Shown here in pieces: positions 1 through 6,730 of a DNA stretch of 24,108 nt. The stretch's first letter is position 1. Each line of letters opens with the position of its first letter. A program made the translations under genes and the position numbers. The notes beneath the pieces were generated by a model. That model saw only the letters and a list, made by a program, of their open reading frames with translations. It did no database searches and had not been told where the DNA came from. The DNA is taken from the IMG/VR virus record IMGVR_UViG_3300039330_000027, one strand, 5' to 3'. The DNA is from a virus (taxonomy: Duplodnaviria > Heunggongvirae > Uroviricota > Caudoviricetes).

Positions 1-235
1 ACATAATCTGTCGCGAGTGCCGGAAGAGTGAAGTTATGCAGCGCATATTGTCGTTTTATCAGGGTGATGTTCGGTATTTATTGAAGTGACGAGATTAAAG
101 TGCATTAGTTCAGATGCAAATTGACATTTTGTGGCACAGGGTAGAGCTAGCGTGGTTGTCCGCTTTGTGCCAACAGCGGACATTATAGATGGTATATGTA
201 GAAAGTGAACATGCGTAGATTGTATGATTTAGCCG

Positions 236-1045
236 TCACTTAATTATTGGATAACTCACACAAGTATGACCGTTGCTTATCGCATACATTTGGTTTCCCT
301 TAAGATTTACAAATGGAAATGTCGTATACTCATAATTTATAGAGGTCATATTAAATGTAAGGAATTTATCCTCAAGTTCTAATTTTGTAGAGTGGGCAGG
401 GTATGTTCCTTCATTTTTCATTGTGATAATAAAACCGATAGGAAAAAAATGTAAAGCACAAATAAATGCCACATGTCCTTCGTTCATAAATGCTACACTT
501 TGAGCGGATATGTGCATTCTGTGTGGGTAAAACCAGTAGTAAATATCATGAGTTTCCTCAAAACTTGAATTTTTACCCAAAACATAATCCTTTAAAGGTG
601 TATAGAAGGGGCTATCTACGGGTTCTTTTTTACAATCTTCAACTGAAGTTGCTGATAGCACGTGCCCAATCATAGCCTTAGTGAAAGATATGCTATCAAA
701 AGGTATTCTAATGAATGGATATACATTCATACCATTCATATATCGACTTAACTGTTCTTTAAAGGACTTTGTTACATTTTCAATTGCAACATCGAGCCCA
801 CCTAATACCTTATTGTTACAGTGGCTGCAAATGGTTCTGAAATAAGAGCCATTTTTAGCATTTAATGGTTTAACTGGTTCCTGAATACCAAAAAATTCGC
901 TAACTGTTTTCTGCAAAACAGGGCCTAAGGTTATGGCGCACTTTGGAGGAACATGATCTTTTGTGAGCAAGCCATATTTCCCACAAATATTGCAATAACC
1001 TTCAGTAATGCCATTGTGCTTCCATCGTTCACTAATTTTCGTCAT
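236..1045 (-). CDS. Hypothetical protein with an N-terminal HNH-like zinc-finger nuclease motif (CxxC...DHxPP...CxxC) and a C-terminal domain of about 190 aa of unknown function
   Basis: 269-aa ORF on the minus strand in a markedly AT-rich block. RBS GAGGGA lies 6 nt upstream of the ATG at 1045. Motifs CNICGKYGLLTKDHVPPKC and CSHCNNK resemble an HNH core. No recognisable phage structural role. Confidence 0.6.
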   Translation of the reverse strand: MTKISERWKHNGITEGYCNICGKYGLLTKDHVPPKCAITLGPVLQKTVSEFFGIQEPVKPLNAKNGSYFRTICSHCNNKVLGGLDVAIENVTKSFKEQLSRYMNGMNVYPFIRIPFDSISFTKAMIGHVLSATSVEDCKKEPVDSPFYTPLKDYVLGKNSSFEETHDIYYWFYPHRMHISAQSVAFMNEGHVAFICALHFFPIGFIITMKNEGTYPAHSTKLELEDKFLTFNMTSINYEYTTFPFVNLKGNQMYAISNGHTCVSYPIIK

Positions 1046-1368
1046 TTTTATTCCCTCAGTAGCATAAGCTATCTATACGTTTTTTAATCCTATCAAAGAT
1101 ACAACTTAACGTCAGGAAAATGATAGTGTTTATCTAAGTAATACAATTAACTTCAACGCGTGACAGTCTGCTTTTCGCTCAAAGCGGACTAGAAGGTTAG
1201 CTTGCGTCGGACTTGGCGTATTTAAAGAAGTGCTGGTGGTGACTGGTTGTTGTGTTCCATTTCTACAGAACAAAATCACAGAAACTATACCCAATAGTTG
1301 TATCTCATCAATGATGAGACAGCCTCATATTTATCAGAACTGGTGTACGTCCAATACAGGAGGTTGTC

Positions 1369-1458
1369 GTGCTGGTTCTCAAATGTGCGCTGGCTATTGC
1401 AGCTGTAATGGCAATTTATTGTCTTGCTGTTGTTCTTATGGATCGCTTTTCTGATTGA
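1369..1458 (+). CDS. Putative small hydrophobic peptide (29 aa, MLVLKCALAIAAVMAIYCLAVVLMDRFSD), possible type I toxin-like membrane peptide
   Basis: GTG start at 1369 is preceded by a canonical AGGAGG Shine-Dalgarno at 1358-1363 (5-nt spacer). The single predicted transmembrane helix ends in a charged tail. Below the 60-aa cutoff of the ORF track. Confidence 0.3.
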   Translation: MLVLKCALAIAAVMAIYCLAVVLMDRFSD

Positions 1459-1612
1459 TTTTATATTGGCGAGGTAACGGGAGTTAAGTAGAATGGCTGC
1501 GGGTGCTTGAGGCTATCTGTCTCAGGCATGAACACCAAAGGCAGATAGAGAAAAGCCCCAGTTAACATTACGCGTCCTGCAAGACGCTTAACATTAATCT
1601 GAGGCTCAATCT

Positions 1613-1825
1613 ATGAACGGCAAATCTAGGTTAGCCTCTTACGTGCCGAAAGGCAAGGAGAAGCAGGCTATGAAGCAGCAAAAGGCGATGTTAATCGCCC
1701 TGATCGTCATCTGTTTAACCGTCATTGTGACGGCACTGGTAACGAGGAAAGACCTCTGCGAGGTACGAATCCGAACCGGCCAGACGGAGGTCGCTGTCTT
1801 CACAGCTTACGAACCTGAGGAGTAA
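1613..1825 (+). CDS. mok: Mok-like overlapping reading frame (N-terminally extended form of Hok, modulator of killing)
   Basis: 70-aa ORF in the same frame as hok. The extension MNGKSRLASYVPKGKEKQA has the same pattern as the remembered E. coli MokC extension (KEKRAMKQ versus KEKQAMKQ here). Confidence 0.55.
   Translation: MNGKSRLASYVPKGKEKQAMKQQKAMLIALIVICLTVIVTALVTRKDLCEVRIRTGQTEVAVFTAYEPEE
1670..1825 (+). CDS. hok: Hok/Gef family type I toxin (small membrane-depolarising peptide), 51 aa
   Basis: Translation MKQQKAMLIALIVICLTVIVTALVTRKDLCEVRIRTGQTEVAVFTAYEPEE matches the Hok/Gef family and, from memory, is essentially identical to E. coli HokD (RelF). Confidence 0.85.
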   Translation: MKQQKAMLIALIVICLTVIVTALVTRKDLCEVRIRTGQTEVAVFTAYEPEE

Positions 1826-1892
1826 GAGACCTGGCGGGGGAGAAATCCCTCGCCACCTCTGATGTGTCAGGCATCCTCAACGCACCCGCACT

Positions 1893-1916
1893 TAACCCGC
1901 TTCGGCGTTTTTTCCG
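1893..1916 (+). terminator. Possible intrinsic terminator or hok mRNA 3' structure (GC hairpin with TTCG loop followed by TTTTTT)
   Basis: Sequence aacccgcttcggcgttttttcc lies downstream of the hok stop. The stem is short, so this could instead be part of the hok 3' fold-back (fbi) element. Confidence 0.35.
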
Positions 1917-1968
1917 TTGATTAACTCTAGTTATTAGAGAACCGAACTTTTATTGATGGGGCAGGGAG

Positions 1969-2361
1969 ATGAAGAAACTTGTTTTAGTCGCAGGTGTAAT
2001 GATTGCAACAGTAATGTTGGGAGGGTGTGCAGCAAAGATCGATCCAGCGTTGAAAGCAGAAGCAATGAAGCCACTAACATGTAATGATGAAAAGCAATGT
2101 GACTTTTATTGGAAACGAGCGCAATTCTGGTTGGCTAATAATTCCTCATGGAAAATTCAAACGGCGACAGACACGCTAATTTCCACTTATAATCCCTCTC
2201 CAAATAGTCCATTCCTCGCTTATCAAGTGAGTAAAATGCCAAATGAAGATGGATCCTCAAGAATTTTCATCAAGCCTTTTTGCGATAATATGTTTGGCTG
2301 TCAACCAAACCCCTATCAGGCAGTTGTTTCCTTTAAAAACTTCGTTAAAACAGGGCAGTAG
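1969..2361 (+). CDS. Putative secreted lipoprotein of unknown function (Cys-rich mature domain)
   Basis: 130-aa ORF with an N-terminal signal peptide and lipobox (MKKLVLVAGVMIATVMLGGC, Cys at position 20). The mature part contains four more Cys. AT-rich codon usage suggests an accessory (moron) gene. Confidence 0.7.
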   Translation: MKKLVLVAGVMIATVMLGGCAAKIDPALKAEAMKPLTCNDEKQCDFYWKRAQFWLANNSSWKIQTATDTLISTYNPSPNSPFLAYQVSKMPNEDGSSRIFIKPFCDNMFGCQPNPYQAVVSFKNFVKTGQ

Positions 2362-2560
2362 TGTATAGCTTGGACGATAAATTATTAGTGAAAACGCCGT
2401 AAACCCTCACCCAATGTGGACTAAGCCTATCAAACATGACTGTGATGATTAGTCCGTAGTTGTTGCCTATGAAATCTGGATTGAGTCAGGGTTTAATCCA
2501 ATAATTATTCTATCGTTCCTTTACAAGTCCGGTATATTACTTTCAGTTTGTTTTAGCATA

Positions 2561-2586
2561 CCCGCTTCGGCGGGTTTTGTTTTTTC
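2561..2586 (+). terminator. Rho-independent terminator
   Basis: Hairpin cccgc-ttcg-gcggg followed by ttttgttttttc, located between the accessory block and the downstream nin-like genes. Confidence 0.7.
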
Positions 2587-2657
2587 CTGGCATTCTGGTT
2601 TACAATTCGCACGCCAGCCTGAACAACTGGCACCTGCTGCGCCAGCAGAGACAACCG

Positions 2658-2936
2658 ATGGCGCACGATACCAAATTACACAATTCTGATGATTCTGCCG
2701 TCTTTGCCAGCAGGCGCGGGCGGCGTTCCCGCACTTTCAAATCTGACTGGTTCCAGCATGACCCATGTACTGAAGAACAGGCCGAATGGCTAATTCATAA
2801 CTATCGCAGACGCGGATACGAGATTAAGAAAGCCCTCAGCCTCGATTATCGTCACTGGATAATCTATGTCAGGCTCCCTTATTCCGAACGCCCACCGCGC
2901 CCATCCCGCACATACCAGCAACGGATCTGGAGGTAA
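2658..2936 (+). CDS. Hypothetical phage protein (92 aa); positional equivalent of rem in the Qin prophage, between hok and the DUF968 gene
   Basis: ORF whose stop overlaps the RBS and start of the DUF968 gene. The start is chosen as the first ATG downstream of the terminator T-run and is uncertain. No family recognised. Confidence 0.4.
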   Translation: MAHDTKLHNSDDSAVFASRRGRRSRTFKSDWFQHDPCTEEQAEWLIHNYRRRGYEIKKALSLDYRHWIIYVRLPYSERPPRPSRTYQQRIWR

Positions 2937-2937
2937 C

Positions 2938-3993
2938 GTGCGGATATTACTTCGACCTGTTCTGGTACCGGAACTTGGGCTGGTGGTCCTTAGGCCGGGC
3001 CGTGAATCCATGCAAGTATTTCATAACCCTCGAGTGCTGGTGGAGCCTGAACCGAAAAGCATGCGCGGTCTGCCGTCCGGAGTCGTCCCTGCCGTTCGCC
3101 AGCCGCTGGCGGAGGATAAATCATTACTGCCATTTTTCAGCGATGAGCGGGTGATTCGTGCTGCTGGCGGCGCTGGGGCACTGTCTGACTGGCTGTTGCG
3201 TCATGTCAAATCCTGCCAGTGGCCTCATGGTGACTATCATCACAGTGAAATCGTCATACATCGTTACGGTACCGGCGCGATGGTGTTGTGCTGGCACTGC
3301 GACAACCAGTTGCGTGACCAGACATCCGAATCACTCGGGCAGCTTGCTCATCAAAACCTGTCAGCATGGATGATTGACGTCATACGCCATGCAATGAATG
3401 GCACGCAGGAGCGGGAATTGTCGCTGGCTGAATTATCCTGGTGGGCGGTCTGCAATCAGGTGGCGGACGCGCTTCCGGAGGCAGTATTACGTCGTTCTCT
3501 GGGGTTACGTGCGGAAAAAATCCGCTCCTTGTACCGCGAAAGCGATATCGTACCGGGAGAGCAGACCGCCACCAGCATACTGAAGCAGCGCACAAAAAAT
3601 CTTGCGCCGTTGCCTCATGCCCACCAGCAAAACCCGCCACAGGAAAAGACGGTGGTCAGCATTGCCGTTGATCCGGAGTCTCCGGTTCAGTATCTCCAGC
3701 GCCAGAAACCACAACGGGAAGAGATGCCTGTATACACGCGCTGGGTAAAAACGCAGAAATGCATGACGTGCGGTAATCAGGCAGATGATCCGCATCACAT
3801 CATTGGTCATGGCCTGGGAGGTATGGGAACAAAGGCTGATGATTTGTTTGTTATTCCGCTGTGCCGTAAATGTCATAACGAACTGCACGCCGGGGTAAAA
3901 GATTTTGAAGAAAAACACGGCAGCCAGCTGTTGTTGCTGATTCGTTTTTTAATGCACGCGAGAAATTCGGGTGTTCTGAAGTGGAAAGCATGA
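2938..3993 (+). CDS. DUF968-family phage protein (YdfU-like) with a C-terminal HNH-like motif
   Basis: GTG start at 2938 is preceded by GGAGG at 2926-2930. The C-terminus CMTCGNQADDPHHIIGHGLGG...LCRKCHNELH is characteristic of DUF968 proteins found upstream of rusA and Q in lambdoid prophages. The ORF-track start at 2866 is judged too far upstream. Confidence 0.8.
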   Translation: MRILLRPVLVPELGLVVLRPGRESMQVFHNPRVLVEPEPKSMRGLPSGVVPAVRQPLAEDKSLLPFFSDERVIRAAGGAGALSDWLLRHVKSCQWPHGDYHHSEIVIHRYGTGAMVLCWHCDNQLRDQTSESLGQLAHQNLSAWMIDVIRHAMNGTQERELSLAELSWWAVCNQVADALPEAVLRRSLGLRAEKIRSLYRESDIVPGEQTATSILKQRTKNLAPLPHAHQQNPPQEKTVVSIAVDPESPVQYLQRQKPQREEMPVYTRWVKTQKCMTCGNQADDPHHIIGHGLGGMGTKADDLFVIPLCRKCHNELHAGVKDFEEKHGSQLLLLIRFLMHARNSGVLKWKA

Positions 3994-4371
3994 ATGACTG
4001 AACGCATAGAATTTGTTTTGCCTTACCCGCCGACGGTGAATACCTACTGGCGACGTCATGGCAATACGTATTTCATCTCGGAGGCCGGAAAGCGTTATCG
4101 CCGTGATGTGGCGCTAATTGTTCGCCAGCAGCGGCTGAAATTAAACCTGTCCGGAAGGCTGGCGATAAAGATTATTGCAGAGCCACCGGATAAGCGCCGT
4201 CGTGACCTGGACAATATCCTGAAGGCACCACTGGATGCGCTGACGCATGCCGGACTACTTATAGACGACGAGCAGTTTGATGAAATCAATATTGTGCGCG
4301 GTCAGCTCGTTCCTGGTGGGCGACTGGGCGTGAAGATTTGCGAAATCAGAGGTGATGGTAATGGGGCGTGA
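3994..4371 (+). CDS. rusA: Crossover junction endodeoxyribonuclease RusA (Holliday junction resolvase)
   Basis: 125-aa translation has RusA hallmarks (LPYPPTVNTYWRR..., DKRRRDLDNILKAPLDALTHAGLLIDDEQ) and a length close to E. coli RusA. The start overlaps the DUF968 stop (TGAATG). Confidence 0.9.
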   Translation: MTERIEFVLPYPPTVNTYWRRHGNTYFISEAGKRYRRDVALIVRQQRLKLNLSGRLAIKIIAEPPDKRRRDLDNILKAPLDALTHAGLLIDDEQFDEINIVRGQLVPGGRLGVKICEIRGDGNGA

Positions 4372-4711
4372 TATGTATGAGGTTTTAGATCGCTGGGGGG
4401 CATGGGCTGCAGCAGAAAATAGCGGTGTCGATTGGCAACCGATAGCAGCGGGCTTCAAGGGGCTTTTGCCACATGGCAAAAAGTCACGTCTCCAGTGTGA
4501 TGATGATGAAGGCATCATGATAGACGGTTGTGTGGCTCGGTTGCGAAAGTATAAACCAGAGGAATATGAGCTGCTCATAGCTCACTTTGTTATTGGTGTT
4601 TCTCTACGCTCAATCGCGAAGAAACGCAGGTGCTCAGATGGAACTATAAGAAAGGAGCTGCAAACTGCATTAGGCTTTATTGATGGATGTATATGCTTGA
4701 TTCTATCATAA
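4361..4711 (+). CDS. quuD: Late-gene antitermination protein Q (phage 82 / QuuD-type)
   Basis: Translation MGRDMYEVLDRWGAWAAAENSGVDWQPIAAGFKGLLP... aligns with the remembered E. coli DLP12 QuuD. The start is taken at ATG 4361 (RBS CAGAGG upstream); the ORF track begins at GTG 4352. Confidence 0.85.
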   Translation: MGRDMYEVLDRWGAWAAAENSGVDWQPIAAGFKGLLPHGKKSRLQCDDDEGIMIDGCVARLRKYKPEEYELLIAHFVIGVSLRSIAKKRRCSDGTIRKELQTALGFIDGCICLILS

Positions 4712-4968
4712 GTTATGACTGTTACTACTCGTTTGCTTGAGCTTTCGATTCGGCGTCAGATAAAGCATCAATACGAATATTTATGTTTTTTAATAGCTTA
4801 TTGTCTAGATCGATAAGACATTGGTTGTAGTGCGCAATTTGGTCTGGTGTTAGGTTAGGGTTGGCCAGGCAGTTCGTGATGAATTCAGTCAAAAAGGAAA
4901 TTCAATCCCGCAGTGATAAGGGTGGTAAACCATGCCTGCATTGCCAGGTAGGATTTAGTGTTCGCCAT

Positions 4969-5214
4969 TCACCTTCCTGCACTTGCTTCGTTGCGAGTTT
5001 TGAGTTCGCGTAGCAGTAGCGCCAACTCTTCTGCGTCATTTTCGTTTCTAACGCTGACTTTCCTTTTAGCGGTTCTGCCTTCAGGATCGGTGTAGGTTAG
5101 TTCAATATACGCATTCGGCTTTACCCAAACCAAGAACCTAAGCACAGCATATCTGACCGTCGCTGCGACAGCCATGAATACAGTGATGTAAAGCATAATG
5201 CTTAGGATTGACAT
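4969..5214 (-). CDS. Small membrane protein (81 aa; N-terminal transmembrane helix, charged C-terminal tail), second gene of the accessory two-gene operon
   Basis: ATG lies 4 nt after the stop of the upstream gene, with AGGAAA as RBS (translational coupling). Hydrophobic N-terminus MSILSIMLYITVFMAVAATV. AT-rich. Confidence 0.6.
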   Translation of the reverse strand: MSILSIMLYITVFMAVAATVRYAVLRFLVWVKPNAYIELTYTDPEGRTAKRKVSVRNENDAEELALLLRELKTRNEASAGR

Positions 5215-5217
5215 GAT

Positions 5218-6096
5218 TTAAAGTAGTTTCCTATCTGCCGCCGCTCTGTGGCGTATAACCTTAGTAATACTATAGCGTGGTTTAGACAGCGCGCCATTTG
5301 TTTCTTTTGTTGTTTCTGTCAGTTCTACAACAAAAAGATCACCCTTACAGAATGCTGCTTGGTTGTGTTCAACCCGTTCAAGAAAAGCCTCATCTTTCAT
5401 AGATGCGCTAACTTCTTCGCCATTTGGCAGGATGATATCCCAGCTTTTGCCTTGCTTGAATCGAACATTAGCAAAATGTACATTAGCTTGGCGTGTCGTT
5501 ACGTGCGTTTTCTCGACAAAGGTGGATTTTGCAGTTTTAAAACTTACTGCTTCAGCTTGCGTCACCCTGACTACCTTATGCTTCTGCTGTGAAACTGAGA
5601 ACGTGGATGGTTTTTCAGTCTGCAGGGGTTTATAGATTAATTTATCCAGTTCTTTTCGGATGATTGGACTGGTTATTAATTTTTGAATGTCGTTACTGCA
5701 TTTAACCTTCTCACCATCCACTTCGATTTCTGCTGTATCTTTTTGTTCATCGACGACAATGGAGCTGATTTTACGCCCTTTGAGCCATTCGATTATCCCG
5801 AGTACGCCACCTGCGGCAACTCCACCACCTGCAACGAGGCCAAGGGCGTTAATAGTTTTTATGCTCCCCATCACAGCAACAAGCAAAGTAAATGAACCTT
5901 CTTTTGTTGCCTTGATGTTGACTTTCGGCTCTGCTGTTTCGCCATTAATTATTTTTTCGGCGTGTTCAATCAGGGCACTAAGAGAGGTTAAGGCTTCGCC
6001 TAATGTTTTCGCGTCGATCTGATTATCTGCGTATGCCTCTCCACCGTAGGCAATTTCGATTTCTGTTATTGGCATGTTTTCGAGTTGCTGCGTCAT
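5218..6096 (-). CDS. Hypothetical protein (about 292 aa) with a central glycine-zipper hydrophobic segment; first gene of the accessory two-gene operon
   Basis: Long minus-strand ORF antisense to the phage late operon. The start is placed at ATG 6096 (AGGA RBS 8 nt upstream) because the GTG at 6129 would sit within about 6 nt of the predicted transcription start. Segment GLVAGGGVAAGGVLGIIEWL looks membrane-inserting. No family recognised. Confidence 0.65.
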   Translation of the reverse strand: MTQQLENMPITEIEIAYGGEAYADNQIDAKTLGEALTSLSALIEHAEKIINGETAEPKVNIKATKEGSFTLLVAVMGSIKTINALGLVAGGGVAAGGVLGIIEWLKGRKISSIVVDEQKDTAEIEVDGEKVKCSNDIQKLITSPIIRKELDKLIYKPLQTEKPSTFSVSQQKHKVVRVTQAEAVSFKTAKSTFVEKTHVTTRQANVHFANVRFKQGKSWDIILPNGEEVSASMKDEAFLERVEHNQAAFCKGDLFVVELTETTKETNGALSKPRYSITKVIRHRAAADRKLL

Positions 6097-6139
6097 CAAA
6101 AGCATCCTTTGCGCAAGAGAAATAGCCACAGGATACAGA

Positions 6140-6175
6140 TAATTATGAAAAAATCACTAACGCGTACGCAAAAAC
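6140..6175 (-). promoter_or_regulatory. Putative sigma-70 promoter of the minus-strand accessory operon
   Basis: On the minus strand, -35 TTGCGT (6171..6166), an 18-nt spacer, and -10 CATAAT (6147..6142). Predicted transcription start is near 6135. Confidence 0.3.
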
Positions 6176-6217
6176 TATCTTAATCTGTTAAGAGTGGTCG
6201 CTTCGCCACACAACTTA

Positions 6218-6240
6218 AACCCGCATCAAGCGGTTTTTTT
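6218..6240 (+). terminator. Possible intrinsic terminator (short GC hairpin plus T7 run)
   Basis: Sequence aacccgc-atcaa-gcgg-ttttttt on the + strand, upstream of the tRNA promoter. The stem is only about 4 bp. Confidence 0.35.
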
Positions 6241-6322
6241 GTGTCACTTATCTCGGATAGACATGGTGAATGCGCTGGTGGAGGAGATAAGGGTGATTTT
6301 TAACCAGGTGATTTTTGAATGC

Positions 6323-6351
6323 TTGCAACATTGATTTCGTAACGTTATTAT
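6323..6351 (+). promoter_or_regulatory. Strong sigma-70-like promoter immediately upstream of the tRNA array (candidate tRNA promoter or late promoter pR')
   Basis: -35 TTGCAA (6323-6328), a 17-nt spacer, and -10 TATTAT (6346-6351). Predicted transcription start is a few nt before the first tRNA at 6361. Confidence 0.5.
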
Positions 6352-6360
6352 CCTGCGCCC

Positions 6361-6436
6361 GGCCCTTTAGCTCAGTGGTGAGAGCGAGCGACTCATAATC
6401 GCCAGGTCGCTGGTTCAAATCCAGCAAGGGCCACCA
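6361..6436 (+). tRNA. ileZ: tRNA with CAT anticodon, most similar to tRNA-Ile2 (lysidine type, ileX/ileZ-like); tRNA-Met not excluded
   Basis: Manual cloverleaf: acceptor ggccctt/aagggcc, D-arm tagctcagtggtgagagc, anticodon loop cTCATAAt, T-arm gctggTTCAAATccagc, encoded CCA. Resembles the remembered E. coli ileX. Confidence 0.8.
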
Positions 6437-6437
6437 A

Positions 6438-6514
6438 CCGCCACTAGCTCATCAGGAAAGAGCGTCAACCCTTTAAGTTGAGTGTGCGAGGTTCGAGTCC
6501 CCGGTGGCGGTCCA
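6438..6514 (+). tRNA. tRNA-like gene with atypical anticodon loop CCTTTAA (probably Lys-UUU-like but with C at position 33); assignment uncertain
   Basis: Folds into a cloverleaf: acceptor ccgccac/gtggcgg, D-stem gctc/gagc, anticodon stem tcaac/gttga, T-arm cgagg-TTCGAGT-ccccg (one mismatch), discriminator T, encoded CCA. The anticodon loop lacks the usual U33. Confidence 0.5.
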
Positions 6515-6516
6515 GT

Positions 6517-6592
<76 letters not shown>

Positions 6593-6595
6593 TAT

Positions 6596-6670
<75 letters not shown>

Positions 6671-6676
6671 GTCAGA

Positions 6677-6722
6677 GTCTTTCAGTCTGCGATGATGGGA
6701 AATCCCGGAGTGACTGAAAGAC
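6677..6722 (+). repeat. 11-bp perfect inverted repeat (gtctttcagtc / gactgaaagac) with a 24-nt loop, immediately 3' of the tRNA array
   Basis: Direct reading of the sequence. Followed by gttt; could be a tRNA 3'-processing or termination structure. Confidence 0.5.
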
Positions 6723-6730
6723 GTTTAAGT

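Noticed and set aside
1230-1454. 74-aa Cys-rich ORF on the + strand upstream of hok
   Set aside because: No RBS, improbable Cys-rich low-complexity composition, and it overlaps the better-supported small ORF at 1369..1458 in another frame.
2577-2657. N-terminal extension of the ORF at 2577..2936
   Set aside because: The extended start would lie inside the T-run of the terminator at 2561-2586; the downstream ATG at 2658 is preferred.
2866-2937. Upstream ATG start for the DUF968 gene as given in the ORF track
   Set aside because: It overlaps the preceding gene by 70 nt, whereas the GTG at 2938 has a canonical GGAGG RBS and gives the N-terminus expected for the family.
3380-3918. Minus-strand ORFs of 86 and 137 aa inside the DUF968 gene
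   Set aside because: Entirely antisense to a well-supported CDS; no RBS; composition typical of GC-rich antisense frames.
4712-4968. Late promoter pR' directly downstream of Q
   Set aside because: Only weak -35/-10 candidates (for example TTGCTT with poor -10 spacing) were found; the call was moved to the stronger promoter at 6323-6351, though this remains unresolved without transcript mapping.
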